64,000 bases of DNA from Candidatus Woesearchaeota archaeon (GTDB lineage Archaea; Nanobdellota; Nanobdellia; Woesearchaeales; JAGVYU01): positions 11,724 to 75,723 of the forward strand of contig JAZDHV010000006.1 in the NCBI GenBank assembly GCA_043805595.1, in the 5' to 3' direction. The position numbers were made by a program, and so were the translations under genes. The notes below the pieces were generated by a model. The model worked only from the letters and a program-made list of their open reading frames with translations. It did not search any database and was not told where the DNA came from. Below are positions 7,631-18,900 of this stretch, one piece after another. The stretch's first letter is position 1. The number at the start of each line of letters is the position of its first letter.

Positions 7631-8791
7631 ATGAAAAAAGAGGTGTGGGAGGCAGCTGCGACATTAGTCGGAGCAACAATCGGCGCAGGAGTCTTGGGAA
7701 TCCCTTATGTGATTGCAAAAGCAGGGTTTATTGTAGGCCTCGTGGATATCTTGATCATAGGTTTCTTCATCCTAATGCTTCAGCTCTATATGGGTGAGAT
7801 TGTATTGAGGACAAAAGGAAACCATCAGATAACAGGATTTGCAGAGAAATATATCGGGAAAAAAGGAAAATTTATTGTTGCATCACTTTTCATATTAAGC
7901 ATTTACGGTGCCTTGATTGCCTACCTGATTGCCAGCGGAGAATTATTGTCGACGATATTTGGAGGAAACCCAATATATTATGGATTTGGATTCTTTGTCT
8001 TCTGCAGCACAATAATATATATTGGAATCAAGGCAATCAAAAGATGGGAACTAGGGATATCAATGATCCTTATCGGGATCCTAATACTGATAATAACAGT
8101 ATCCTTCACAAAAATCAATTATTCAAATTTTCACCTAGTTAACTTTAACAATATACTTGTACCATATGGAGTTATCCTATTCTCATTATTTGGCACAGTG
8201 GCAATACCAGAGATGAAAGAAGAGCTCAAGAAGAACAAGAAAGAGCTGAAAAAAGCAATAATAATCGGGACAACTATATCAATACTGATTGCAATAATCT
8301 TCAGCTTTGCTGTATTAGGAGTGGTTGGACTACAGAATTTTGAGAGTCTTGAAACAGACAAAAGAATTGCAACAATAGCACTTGGGCAAATAATGGGGAG
8401 AAATATGCTCATATTTGCAAACTTGTTTGCATTATTTGCAATAACAACAAGCTTTTTAGTATTAGGCTATGGGTTAAAGGAGATGTTCCATTTTGATGAC
8501 CATATTGGATGGAGGCTGTCATGGATCTTCACAATATCTGTACCAATAATTTTTTTCTTCATTGACTCATTTATTGTCGATATCACCAATTTTATCAATA
8601 TAATCGGATTTACAGGAACTTTTGCATTAGGGTTAATAGGAATAATGACTGTCATCATATATATGAAAGCCAAGAAATACGGGGAGAGAAAACCAGAATA
8701 TACAATTGCAAAAAACAGAGTGATAGAATATCTTCTGATTGGGTTGTTTGTTCTTGGAATGGCTTATGAGATTGTTAAAATGTTAATATAA
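7631..8791 (+). CDS. Amino-acid permease-family transporter (Trp/Tyr permease / AAAP-like), ~11 TM
   Basis: 386 aa polytopic membrane protein; N-terminal EAAATLVGATIGAGVLGIPY motif typical of amino acid transporters. Confidence 0.65.
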   Translation: MKKEVWEAAATLVGATIGAGVLGIPYVIAKAGFIVGLVDILIIGFFILMLQLYMGEIVLRTKGNHQITGFAEKYIGKKGKFIVASLFILSIYGALIAYLIASGELLSTIFGGNPIYYGFGFFVFCSTIIYIGIKAIKRWELGISMILIGILILIITVSFTKINYSNFHLVNFNNILVPYGVILFSLFGTVAIPEMKEELKKNKKELKKAIIIGTTISILIAIIFSFAVLGVVGLQNFESLETDKRIATIALGQIMGRNMLIFANLFALFAITTSFLVLGYGLKEMFHFDDHIGWRLSWIFTISVPIIFFFIDSFIVDITNFINIIGFTGTFALGLIGIMTVIIYMKAKKYGERKPEYTIAKNRVIEYLLIGLFVLGMAYEIVKMLI

Positions 8792-8813
8792 GAAAATTAA
8801 TATGAGAATTAGA

Positions 8814-9398
8814 TTATTCCTCTATTCTATGTGTAATTTCAAGGTAAGGCCTATTGCCCCCAATCACCCATAATCTCTCACCAGGCATAAACAAGTCCTT
8901 AGAAAGCAAAAGCCTTCTCTGATTATCCATATGGGATTCACCATAAACATATCCTTTGAAATTAACATAATGTTGATTTACATCAGGAAAAACTAGATTT
9001 CTCTTTAAGATCCTATTTTCACCAATGACACATGTCTTGTATTTTCCCTCGGATTCAGGAAATAGATTGTAATAAGACGGAGGTATGCAAATCCTTCTTC
9101 CTTGATCGACTTTAACACCTTTTTTTATAGGATTTGAAAAGAGGATAGCACTTTCAGGATAATCTTGATTAGATCCTTGATAAGGCAACATAGCTAACAA
9201 TTCCCTAAATTCTATCATTGTAATAGGATCTAAATTGCAATCCAATCCTCTTCCACTTAATAACAGACCATGATCATGAGGAAGGAGCCCTTTTTCAACT
9301 GCTTCAACCACTAATTCAGGTGTAATTGAAAAATAATCAGCTAAATCATCTAGATCAAACATAATACCAAGTCTTCTTGCTGTACTCTTTGTTGTCAT
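8814..9398 (-). CDS. Hypothetical protein
   Basis: Start taken at internal Met (MTTKSTARRL) to avoid overlap with the 3' end of the giant gene; no recognised domain. Confidence 0.4.
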   Translation of the reverse strand: MTTKSTARRLGIMFDLDDLADYFSITPELVVEAVEKGLLPHDHGLLLSGRGLDCNLDPITMIEFRELLAMLPYQGSNQDYPESAILFSNPIKKGVKVDQGRRICIPPSYYNLFPESEGKYKTCVIGENRILKRNLVFPDVNQHYVNFKGYVYGESHMDNQRRLLLSKDLFMPGERLWVIGGNRPYLEITHRIEE

Positions 9399-9447
9399 GA
9401 TAAATCGAAGTATAAATTGATTTAAAAATGTTACGGTTAAGTAGTAA

Positions 9448-12400
9448 CTATTTCTTAGAATTCTTATCTTTTTTAGAAGATTTATTATCTTTTTCTTTTT
9501 CCTTTTTATTATTATTCTCATCCAAAAAATCAAGGATCTTGTCATTATATTTTACAAACAATATGATGATAAAAACAATGACTAAGCCTGCAATAATATA
9601 ATTGAGATAATCAATGAAAAAAGAGGCTGGTTTGCTTATAATCAAACTGGCACTTTCCTTAATCTTGCCTAAAAAATCATTCAAATCCTCTTTAATTTTC
9701 TCTGAAATAGGAACATCAGGAGCTTTCTTTACAATAAGGAGCACTTCATTGCTCTCAACAACACCTCCCTTGCCATCATCAGCTGTAAATACCACTGTTT
9801 CAGCACCACTAAATCCTGGGTCATGGATTAACTTAGCTATACCAAGTTCATTGTCAATATCAATATTTATATGATCTGTAGACTCAGCTGAATAAACAAG
9901 CTTATCACCATCAGGATCAATGAAATATTGAGAAAGATCTAAGGATCTATTCTCATCAAAATTCCAGACCTGGATGGGAATACCTTTTTCATCAATAATA
10001 GTCTTATTAACAGATAAAATCCTGATCAGATTGTTCAATTCATTGACAGACAGTCGTGTCTTAACAATAATATCAACCATATTCTTTATCAACAAATCAG
10101 CGAACTCATCGTTAGAAAGGATTGCGTTGGATTCAGTGTTGACAACCTTGCCTTCAGCATTATACTTATAACGGCCATCTGATATTGAGCTGAGGATCTC
10201 ATCAGTCCTAAACTCCTCAATTGTTGTAGTGGGTTTCTCAGGTATTGTGACCAATGTTGTTACAATCATCGTTGTTGATGTTATCTCAGCTGAACTCAAT
10301 GCTGTCTCTGCAGTTGGAGTAATCAAAGAAGAGATTGTGTCATAATTATAATAAACCAAGCTGACAATAACAGCTATTATCACTAAAATAAGCAGATATA
10401 TTGGCCATTGGAGATCATCCTCCTTTTTAGGCTTTTTCTCCCTGATTATCTTTTCTTTTGGTTTTTCAGTTATCTTTTTTGGAGCAACAATGACTGTCTT
10501 TTCAACAGGCTTTTCTATTTTTTTTAATTCAATAATAGGCTTTTTCTCCAAAATAACAGGTTTCTCCCTCATCAGACCAGCAATTGCATAATAGCTAAAA
10601 TCAGGAAGTTTTGTCTCAAAATAAAGGAATGAATCATCCTCATCAATGATCTTAGTAGAAATATCAATCCATTGGCGCTTTTCATACCTCTTTATAATAA
10701 TTGATTTTGGATCAATATCTTGATACACAATCCATGATTTCTTAACCCTGAACCTCAGAAGGACATTTGAAAGGTTGTTTTCACTTATATTTTTTGCATC
10801 TATCTCAAAATACCTATAAACATGAGGGGAAGGCCTGATGAAAGTAGGCTTTTTTTTCAAACCTTTGATAGAGATTGATGCATTGCTAATCCTGCTCCTG
10901 ATCCTAAATGATATCTCACCAATACCAATCTTCTCATTCACTGGGATTGTGACATCATCACCAACTGAATATGTTGAGAGTGATTTTTCAAAATAATATG
11001 CACTACTCCTCCTTTTAACATATGAGCGTATAATAATCAAAATAATGACAATTAAAATGCCAATAATAATGTAAGTGAGATTATTCATCAAAAAAAGCAA
11101 GATAAAATTTATTATGCTCCATGCACCAAAAAAGATTGATTTAACAATTCCATATAAAAAACTTAGAATGTTGAGTATTCCAATCTTCTTATGGATATAA
11201 TAAATCAAGGCAATCAATATTGCAAGAAGCACAAGCAAAAACAATAAGGCAGGCCAGATTTTTGGCTCAACAATCTCAGGACCTATCTGCATCTTTTCAT
11301 CTTTTTTTACCTGCTTTTCAACCAGTTTTTTAGGTTCAATATTTTGACCTTTCTTTATTTCCGCTTTTATTGTCTCATCTTTCCTGATCTCATCTTTTTT
11401 TTCTGGTATTACTGGCTTTTCTTTTTTTGGCCACTTTGAAATAAAAGATATTACCTTAATCAGAATTATCAAAAGAACCAGGACAATGATTCCAGCAATG
11501 ATATAGGGGAAATAATCATTAATCATGGTTCTAACAGGTGTTATCACATTGTTGAGTGAGCCTGATAATGTCTGCAAAAATCCTATATTTTCTCCAGATA
11601 AAGTTGTTGATGTTGTTAAAGGCCCACTAGTAGTTGTGACATCTACTAATGATGATGTTGTAGTCTCAATCAAAGTGGTTGTTGTTTCAGCCAAAGTTGT
11701 TGTCTCTACAATCTCTATTGCAGTGGTTGCTGTAACATTTTCATAAGGCAAGAATGGCAACATATTCATGTAATAAAAAGCAGTGACAATTATTGCAATC
11801 AAGATAATCAAGAATACAGGCCAAACAGGAGGTCTTTTCTTTTCCTCTTTTGTATCCTTTAACACTAATTTTTTAACAGGCCCTGCCTTGGCTCTCTTTA
11901 ATGGCTTTTTCTCAACATTTTTTATCAATTCTTTTCTCTTTTTCTCTTGTTCTATTCTCTTTTTCTCCTTTTCTAATCTTTTCTTTTCCCTATTCTTTTT
12001 ATTGAGCTCTTTTTTCCTTGCCCTTTTCACTCTCCATTTGCTGTATCTAACTCTTATTTTTCCAGATGTTTTCCTTGAGAATCTAAGAAGTGGTCTTCTA
12101 AAAATTAGAATTATGATGATTAGTAACAATAAGGTAATTCCTGCCAAGAAAAACCATTTATACAATAAGACAAAATTATAAGCTGATTTAAAGTATCCAA
12201 AAATAGTATCCTTTAATGTACCTATAACACCCTTAATTTTCTCATACAATATCCCAATCTTGGATGTGAGAGGGGGTTCAATTGCAGCCACTTCTGTCGT
12301 TGTCACTTCCTCTACTGTTGCAGCAGTTGTCTCATTTACTGGAACAAACAAAGACTTGAAAAAAGGCGCGATAGGATAAGCCAGAAAGACATAGATCAGG

Positions 12401-14145
12401 ACTGCAGCCACAATCGCAATAACAATAACCAAAATGATATGCCAGATCTCAACCTTGTACTTTTTTCTTGCAACCTCTTCTTTTATAATTTTTTCAGGCT
12501 CTTTTTTAACATCTTTTTTTGGCTCTTTCTTGACCTCTTTTTTGATAACAGACTTTACTTTTTTTACTTTCTCCATTATTTGAGCCTTTTCTGCAATCTT
12601 CTTCAATTTACTCTTTTTAACAATATCCTTTGACAAGGAAAGTATAATCAGGACAACAATCAAAATTATCAAGGCAATAATAAGATAAATCCAGAATATA
12701 GATATAAAGTCAATGATTGCATTTGACTTCTTAAGACTGATTATAAAAGGCTGGACATAAACAATATTGTTGCTGGATTTAACATTTAATTTGACCAGAT
12801 AATTTCCAGGAGGGGTATTTTCAGAAGGTTTTGTCATAATGCTAAAGGATGTTGATTCTGAAGGAGCTAAGGCAACAAATTTCTGCTGTGATGAAATCCA
12901 AGGCTGATCTGTCTCAAGAGACAGTTCATAATCAGCTAATTTATTCCCTGAATTCCTGATAGGAATTGAAGTAATGGATTCAGAATAGCTTACTTTTATC
13001 CTCTTTGATCCCCTGCCAATCTTTGGAATAAAACAATTCTCAATATTGAGAGGAAGAGACAAAGATTTGCTGATCTTCCCTATATCAGATTTGATATCAA
13101 TTGAATAAGTCCTTGAATATTCATCTCCAACAGGAGGCTTGACATTTAGGTATACTAATTGTGACTTGCCTGAACCAATTGAAACCTTATTTGTATCAAG
13201 AGATAAGATATCATCAATTGGAGAAATTTCAATCTCATATGAATTCTCAATCGGACCAGGATTATCAATCTTGACAGGGATTTTTACAGGCAAGGACTCG
13301 CAAATATCATAATCATAACTGATTTCCTTAAAATCATTATTTGATGCTTGAGATTGAGCAGATAAAACTTCACCAAGCTTAACATCATAATCATAACAAT
13401 TGTCCACCTGAAGATCCAGAGGAAATTTTGTAAGGAATTTAGATTGTGTAGCAAGAACTGATGCTTCAATTGAATAATTCCCAACATCTTCACAAGAAGG
13501 ATCAATACTTAAGGTAGTGATCTTACCAGCACCTGGATCAATAATAAGAGGGTTTTGGTCAGTTGCAGAGGCATCATTGAATGAATTGATATAAACCTTA
13601 TATTCTTCCTTGAAAAAGCCAACATTATTGATTTGGATCTCATATTCTGCCTTGTCACAACCGCAGATCTTCTGCGAATTTGTCAAAGGAATAACTTCCA
13701 AGTTCTGGCAATTCTGGATTATTACATTCTGATTTAACTCCTTGACCTCACCAGATGATGATATTATCTGGATTTTATGGCCATATGAGCCTTTATCATA
13801 GAAGCAGGGAACCTTAATATGCTGATATAAATCAATTGACTCTCCAGAATCTAATTTAAAGATATAAGGGGCAATTGTAACCCACTTTGAGATCTCATTA
13901 TTATATATATTTACTTCATAACTTCGAGAATAAATATCATTATTTTCCACTATTATAGTGTTTATTGACTCAATACAAGAGCATGTCCGAATTTCAGCAT
14001 CTGTATATGCATTCATCCTGTTTGTTGCATAAACATCAGAGGTTAAGCTAATCAAAAGAATTATTGACAATAAAAGTATAAGTGTTAAAGTATATTTTAT
14101 GGATTTATTCATATAATACCAACCATTTATGTAATAATCCCCCAA
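9448..14145 (-). CDS. Giant (1565 aa) multi-pass surface protein with alternating Thr-rich, TM and Lys/Glu-rich segments
   Basis: N-terminal signal/TM; at least 8-10 strongly hydrophobic TM helices interleaved with KKE-rich stretches and Thr-rich linkers (TATTAIEIVETTTLAETTTT); C-terminal basic tail. Confidence 0.65.
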   Translation of the reverse strand: MGDYYINGWYYMNKSIKYTLTLILLLSIILLISLTSDVYATNRMNAYTDAEIRTCSCIESINTIIVENNDIYSRSYEVNIYNNEISKWVTIAPYIFKLDSGESIDLYQHIKVPCFYDKGSYGHKIQIISSSGEVKELNQNVIIQNCQNLEVIPLTNSQKICGCDKAEYEIQINNVGFFKEEYKVYINSFNDASATDQNPLIIDPGAGKITTLSIDPSCEDVGNYSIEASVLATQSKFLTKFPLDLQVDNCYDYDVKLGEVLSAQSQASNNDFKEISYDYDICESLPVKIPVKIDNPGPIENSYEIEISPIDDILSLDTNKVSIGSGKSQLVYLNVKPPVGDEYSRTYSIDIKSDIGKISKSLSLPLNIENCFIPKIGRGSKRIKVSYSESITSIPIRNSGNKLADYELSLETDQPWISSQQKFVALAPSESTSFSIMTKPSENTPPGNYLVKLNVKSSNNIVYVQPFIISLKKSNAIIDFISIFWIYLIIALIILIVVLIILSLSKDIVKKSKLKKIAEKAQIMEKVKKVKSVIKKEVKKEPKKDVKKEPEKIIKEEVARKKYKVEIWHIILVIVIAIVAAVLIYVFLAYPIAPFFKSLFVPVNETTAATVEEVTTTEVAAIEPPLTSKIGILYEKIKGVIGTLKDTIFGYFKSAYNFVLLYKWFFLAGITLLLLIIIILIFRRPLLRFSRKTSGKIRVRYSKWRVKRARKKELNKKNREKKRLEKEKKRIEQEKKRKELIKNVEKKPLKRAKAGPVKKLVLKDTKEEKKRPPVWPVFLIILIAIIVTAFYYMNMLPFLPYENVTATTAIEIVETTTLAETTTTLIETTTSSLVDVTTTSGPLTTSTTLSGENIGFLQTLSGSLNNVITPVRTMINDYFPYIIAGIIVLVLLIILIKVISFISKWPKKEKPVIPEKKDEIRKDETIKAEIKKGQNIEPKKLVEKQVKKDEKMQIGPEIVEPKIWPALLFLLVLLAILIALIYYIHKKIGILNILSFLYGIVKSIFFGAWSIINFILLFLMNNLTYIIIGILIVIILIIIRSYVKRRSSAYYFEKSLSTYSVGDDVTIPVNEKIGIGEISFRIRSRISNASISIKGLKKKPTFIRPSPHVYRYFEIDAKNISENNLSNVLLRFRVKKSWIVYQDIDPKSIIIKRYEKRQWIDISTKIIDEDDSFLYFETKLPDFSYYAIAGLMREKPVILEKKPIIELKKIEKPVEKTVIVAPKKITEKPKEKIIREKKPKKEDDLQWPIYLLILVIIAVIVSLVYYNYDTISSLITPTAETALSSAEITSTTMIVTTLVTIPEKPTTTIEEFRTDEILSSISDGRYKYNAEGKVVNTESNAILSNDEFADLLIKNMVDIIVKTRLSVNELNNLIRILSVNKTIIDEKGIPIQVWNFDENRSLDLSQYFIDPDGDKLVYSAESTDHINIDIDNELGIAKLIHDPGFSGAETVVFTADDGKGGVVESNEVLLIVKKAPDVPISEKIKEDLNDFLGKIKESASLIISKPASFFIDYLNYIIAGLVIVFIIILFVKYNDKILDFLDENNNKKEKEKDNKSSKKDKNSKK

Positions 14146-14356
14146 ATAAACCCTATCTCAAAGTTAAAAAACTAGAAGTATTAAAAATAATACTATTGTT
14201 AAAGAAATATGATTTTTAAATTATTTTAGAATATATAGGTTAATATCATACAAGAGATTAATTGAGGAATTAGTCTGAAATTGATAAGATACTGAAGAAT
14301 TAGATTTTATTGATAAAAAATACAAAAAAGAAAAAAATAAAGGAGTAAATGAAAAG

Positions 14357-14396
14357 TAAAATAAAAAAAAATTAAAATTTTTGTGTTGTTCGGAAC
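14357..14396 (-). terminator. Hairpin GTTGTTC-G-GAACAAC followed by T-run (on - strand) immediately downstream of S-layer-like gene
   Basis: Perfect 7-bp stem at 14382-14396 next to stop at 14402; T-rich stretch follows on coding strand. Confidence 0.4.
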
Positions 14397-14401
14397 AACA
14401 A

Positions 14402-15715
14402 TTAATAATAAGTTTGTGTCCCTTCTGCGTCCTCGTCTTCATCGCCTTTTAATTTGTTAAATCCAATTATCAGGCCAAGAATGACTAAAAGGACGACTAA
14501 AACAACCAAACCAATCTCCAAGCCTCTCTTAAGGCTTGATCCAGCAACACCACTAGCTGATGTTCCAGCAACATTTGCTGTAAGTGGAATCTGTTTTAAA
14601 ACACTGTCTCCTGAACTTACAGATAGGCTGAATCCATACTGACCAGCTGGCACGCCCTGCTTTGCTGACAAGAACACTAAAACTGAATCAGCATCACCAG
14701 CATTTACCAATATTGTGTTACTTGGCTGGATTGAAGCATCTAACTGGTTTCCACCATTAACAGATACTGTGTAAGCTCTTGTTGAAGAACCTGCATTAGT
14801 AATTGTCACCTGGTAAGCACCTGCTCCTTCTCCAGTAGATACATCCTGAACCTTGATTATTGTTGAAGGTCCAGCTTCTGGTTGTGTAGTTGGAACTACA
14901 GTATCAAGCTCACAAGCTTCATTTGGAATAACCTCGATTGTCCTTGTTGTTGAAGCAACCTCGTCACCATCATCATAGGTAACATCGATCTGTACTGTGT
15001 AATCTCCTGCTTCAGCACAATCAGGAATCCTCATGTAAAGCTCTTCACTTGTTGTTTGATCATCATCTTCACCCTCAGGCTCAAGCTCATCAATGTAGTC
15101 AGCAGCTGAAATTCCTAATTCTGGTATAGATACTTCAACTTTAACGCCGTCTTCATTTCTGTCTCCATTATTTTCAACCCTAACAGTTGTCAATAGAGCT
15201 CTTCCAGCCTTTATCTTTCCAGCAGGTGAAAAGATAACATCGTCAATATCAATTAAATGTTCTGGGGTTTCAACTAAGATTGCATAATATCTCATTATTG
15301 AAATATCCCTTGTGGTTCCATGAATAGTTAATATTATATCATAAATCCCTGGTTCCATTCTTTTTGTCAATCTTAGATCAAGTCTCTCAATGTATCTTCC
15401 TCCGACAGTCAAATCAAAAACTTCTGATTCAGCTGCAATCACATCATCTCTAGAATCACCTTTAATCTCAACTTCAATTTCGACATATCTATCTGTTGAC
15501 TCATTTGCATTAAATGTTATTTTCAATGGTAATGTTTCTCCTCTATCAAGAACTGCAAAGGAACCAGTTAGTGGATCTGGATCTCCTTCTGGTAGCTCGA
15601 TATTGTCGAGATAAACTGTTATTGAACTCTCGTCTATCTGTGCACTTGCAATTGTTGTAAGTGCCAAGACACTTATCAGAAACATTAACAACATTCCGAA
15701 TATTTTACTTTTCAT
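14402..15715 (-). CDS. S-layer-like secreted surface protein with C-terminal TM anchor and acidic tail
   Basis: 437 aa; N-terminal signal peptide MKSKIFGMLLMFLISVLALTTIASA; C-terminal GLEIGLVVLVVLLVILGLIIGF followed by DEDEDAEG; Thr/Ser/Gly/Asp-rich beta-like composition. Confidence 0.55.
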   Translation of the reverse strand: MKSKIFGMLLMFLISVLALTTIASAQIDESSITVYLDNIELPEGDPDPLTGSFAVLDRGETLPLKITFNANESTDRYVEIEVEIKGDSRDDVIAAESEVFDLTVGGRYIERLDLRLTKRMEPGIYDIILTIHGTTRDISIMRYYAILVETPEHLIDIDDVIFSPAGKIKAGRALLTTVRVENNGDRNEDGVKVEVSIPELGISAADYIDELEPEGEDDDQTTSEELYMRIPDCAEAGDYTVQIDVTYDDGDEVASTTRTIEVIPNEACELDTVVPTTQPEAGPSTIIKVQDVSTGEGAGAYQVTITNAGSSTRAYTVSVNGGNQLDASIQPSNTILVNAGDADSVLVFLSAKQGVPAGQYGFSLSVSSGDSVLKQIPLTANVAGTSASGVAGSSLKRGLEIGLVVLVVLLVILGLIIGFNKLKGDEDEDAEGTQTYY

Positions 15716-15947
15716 TTGTTTTACCCCCTATATAATTTATTTTAATATTGATAGTTATATGGACGTAATTACATACTCATTTATAAACCTTTCGATTAAT
15801 GAGTATTATATAGTAATTACACCTAATAACTATGGTATAGTAAATACAACTTATATTTAAATATTATTGTATCATACTATATATATTTCCACTCGTAACT
15901 TTCAATACATCACCTTCTTTTTTTAGATATCCCCTCATATTAATCAA

Positions 15948-18900
15948 TTAATATATTTCTAATTCTCTATGACGGACTCTCCTCAAGTCATCACTTTTTG
16001 TTGAAGCTATAGAAACCCTCACGTCATAAATTCCTGGATCTGCCCAGTCTGGAATCTCTAAGTCAGCAAGTTTCGTCACTGTTGTCTTTGCATCAATACC
16101 AAAAGGACCTAACTTTCTTCTAACTCCAAGTTCAGGAATTGTGTATGTGACTGTAATCTCTTTTATATCATAATAGTCGTTGTTAGTCATTGTAATTACT
16201 GCCTGAACACTGCTTCCTGCCTCAAACTTATCTGAGTATGTTCCGTCGAAACTAATCCTGTCAATAAACAGCTTTCTACGAGGAGATGAAATCGGATCTG
16301 GTATAACTACGTCAATAATAAAATCCTGCAAGTCTGTCAAAAATCCGTCGGAAACCATGATTATCACATGATTTTCACCAGCCTGATCCTCATCTGGATC
16401 CCATTGTATCAATCCAGTAACTGGATCAATTGTCATGTCAGCCGGCCATGTTATTAGTGAATATACAAGAGGATCATTGTCAGGATCTGACGCATCTGAA
16501 TCATACTCATATCTCTCAACAAAATCCATTGGATCATTAATCTCTAAATAAGTTACAGGTGCTGATGTGAAATAAGGCGCATGATTAATCAATGGATCAA
16601 ACAAAACATTTACAACAAATGTATCCTCTGTAAATAATCCATCCGGATCCTCTGCCCTCACAACAGCTGTGCATGAACCGATAAAAGATAAGTCTGGAAC
16701 TATGTCAACATCATCATTGGAGCCAATTGATATTCCACATTGATTGTTGTTTGAAACAGACATCAAGGTGTATGTTAATTCTGAATCTGAATTATCTGGA
16801 TCGTCGGTATAATCATTCAGATTGAAAACATTATCATTCACAGAGTCTTCAAATACATCCTCATCAGGCAATCCGCTTATAACTGGTCCATCATTAATCT
16901 CATCATCGTCAAAATAATCAGTGCAACCTAGGTCATCAGGAAAATCTGTATATGTGTCAAAATCGTTGTCTACAGAATCAGAACACTCAGTATAATCACA
17001 ACCTAAACTATCATCACAAATAAAATAACAATAATCAGTGCCTGTATCAACATCTAAATCACAATAACTATGCTCAGTACCAGCATTCTCACAAATCGGA
17101 GTGTGAGTAGTGGTAACAAAATCAAGACCACCACAAGCAGACTCATCATAAGGAGAACCACAATCAAGATCAGCATAACACAAAACAGGACCATCTGATT
17201 CGTCATCGTCAAAATAATCAGTGCAACCTAGGTCATCAGGAAAATCTGTATATGTGTCAAAATCGTTGTCTACAGAATCAGAACACTCAGTATAATCACA
17301 ACCTAAACTATCATCACAAATAAAACTACAATAATCAGTGCCTGTATCAACATCCTCATCACAATAACTATGCTCAGTACCAGCATTCTCACAAATCGGA
17401 GTGTGAGTAGTGGTAACAAAATCAAGACCACCACAAGCAGACTCATCATAAGGAGAACCACAATCAAGATCAGCATCACAAACAACAACACCATCAGACT
17501 CATCATCATCAAGATATGAATCACAACCAAAATCAGCTGGATAATCTATATCACCATCACCATCATTATCAACACCATCATTACATTCATAAAATTGCCT
17601 TACAACAGTCAAAGTAACAACATTACTGTCTGCTGTCCCACCATTGCCATCATTTGCAGTAAATGTTACAGTCTCAACACCAAAATAACTAGATGGCTGA
17701 GTAAAACTGACAATATGGGAAGTTGGATTGATTGAAACGACAATATTAGGATTGTCTAAAGCAGATGCTGCATATGACAGAGCATCTCCATCTGGATCAG
17801 AAAAATAGTTGTCTAGGTCAAAAGCATTCAAATTTGATGTCCCTTGGTTCCATGTCTCATCAGAAATTGGGTTTACAATTGGATCAAAATTAGGCGGATC
17901 ATTTATAGGTGTAACAGTTACTCTGAAAGTGTCTTCAGAATATAATCCATCTGGATCTGTAACTCGAACAACAGCGTCACAAACACCATTAAAATCTAAT
18001 GCTGGAGCAATGTCAATATTGTCTGAACCATCAATGCTTATTCCACATTGATTGCTGTTTGAAACTGATGTAAGAGAATATATCAATTGTGAATCTGTAT
18101 TATCTGGATCACTAGCAAAATCATTCAAGTTAAAAGCATTAGGCTTTGTTGTGTCTTCTGCAAGAGTCTGATCAGGCAATGAACCAATCACAGGAGCATC
18201 ATTAACAGGAGTGACAGTAACCCTGAAAGTATCTGTATCAAAAGCTCCCAAAGGATCTTCAACCCTAACAGTAACATCACAAATTCCATAAAAATTAAAA
18301 TCAGGATTTATGTCAATATTGTCGCTTCCATCAATAGTAACTCCACATTGATTTCCATTAGTAATAGATGTCAATGAGTAAGCCAATAAAGAGTCAGCAT
18401 GATCTGGATCACCTGCATAATCATTCAAGTTAAATGCGTTATTAATTGATGCATCCTCTGCTAATGTTTGATCAGGCAATCCGCTTATTGTTGGTGCGTC
18501 ATTGACTGGTGTGACAGTAACTGAGATTGAATCAGTATCAGTCAATCCACCTGTATCTTGAACTGTGAATGTGACTATGCCTGTTGAACCACTATATCCC
18601 GGAGCAGGTGTAAAAGTCACAATATGAGTTGTTGGATTGATTGAAACACCAACATTAGGCAATTGATTAGATGTCCATGACAGATCTCCATCAAGGTCTT
18701 CCTCATCCTGGACATAATCATCCAAGTCAAGACTGTTATGGATTGTGTCTTCTGGGAATGAAACATCAGGAATATTAGTTATGATTGGAGGTGTGTTTGC
18801 CTTGTGCATAGCTCTTGAGACAGTCAGGTCTGTATTAGAAATATCAAACTCTCCTTCAATTGGAAGATATAATGGATTTGTAACATCATATGTATAGTGG

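Noticed and set aside
11880-12640. Apparent nucleotide repeats (ttttt/cttt runs) in 11.9-12.6 kb
   Set aside because: Reflect coding of Lys/Glu-rich low-complexity protein segments (AAA/GAA codons on the minus strand) rather than discrete DNA repeat elements.
9614-13505. Antisense/alternative-frame ORFs inside the giant 1565-aa gene (e.g. 9614..9874, 11525..11746, 11783..12181, 12439..12633, 13284..13505)
   Set aside because: Low-complexity translations (poly-V/F/L/S) produced by reading Lys/Glu/Thr-rich coding DNA on the opposite strand; the long minus-strand ORF is far better supported.
14146-14401. AT-rich spacer between giant gene and S-layer-like gene as possible ncRNA
   Set aside because: Contains only a terminator-like hairpin and homopolymer runs; no conserved structure recognisable, better explained as terminator plus promoter region.
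17303-18051. ORFs 17303..17530 (-) and 17809..18051 (+) within the adhesin gene
   Set aside because: Alternative-frame artefacts of Asp/Thr-rich repeat DNA; nested in a 4.2-kb continuous ORF with signal peptide.
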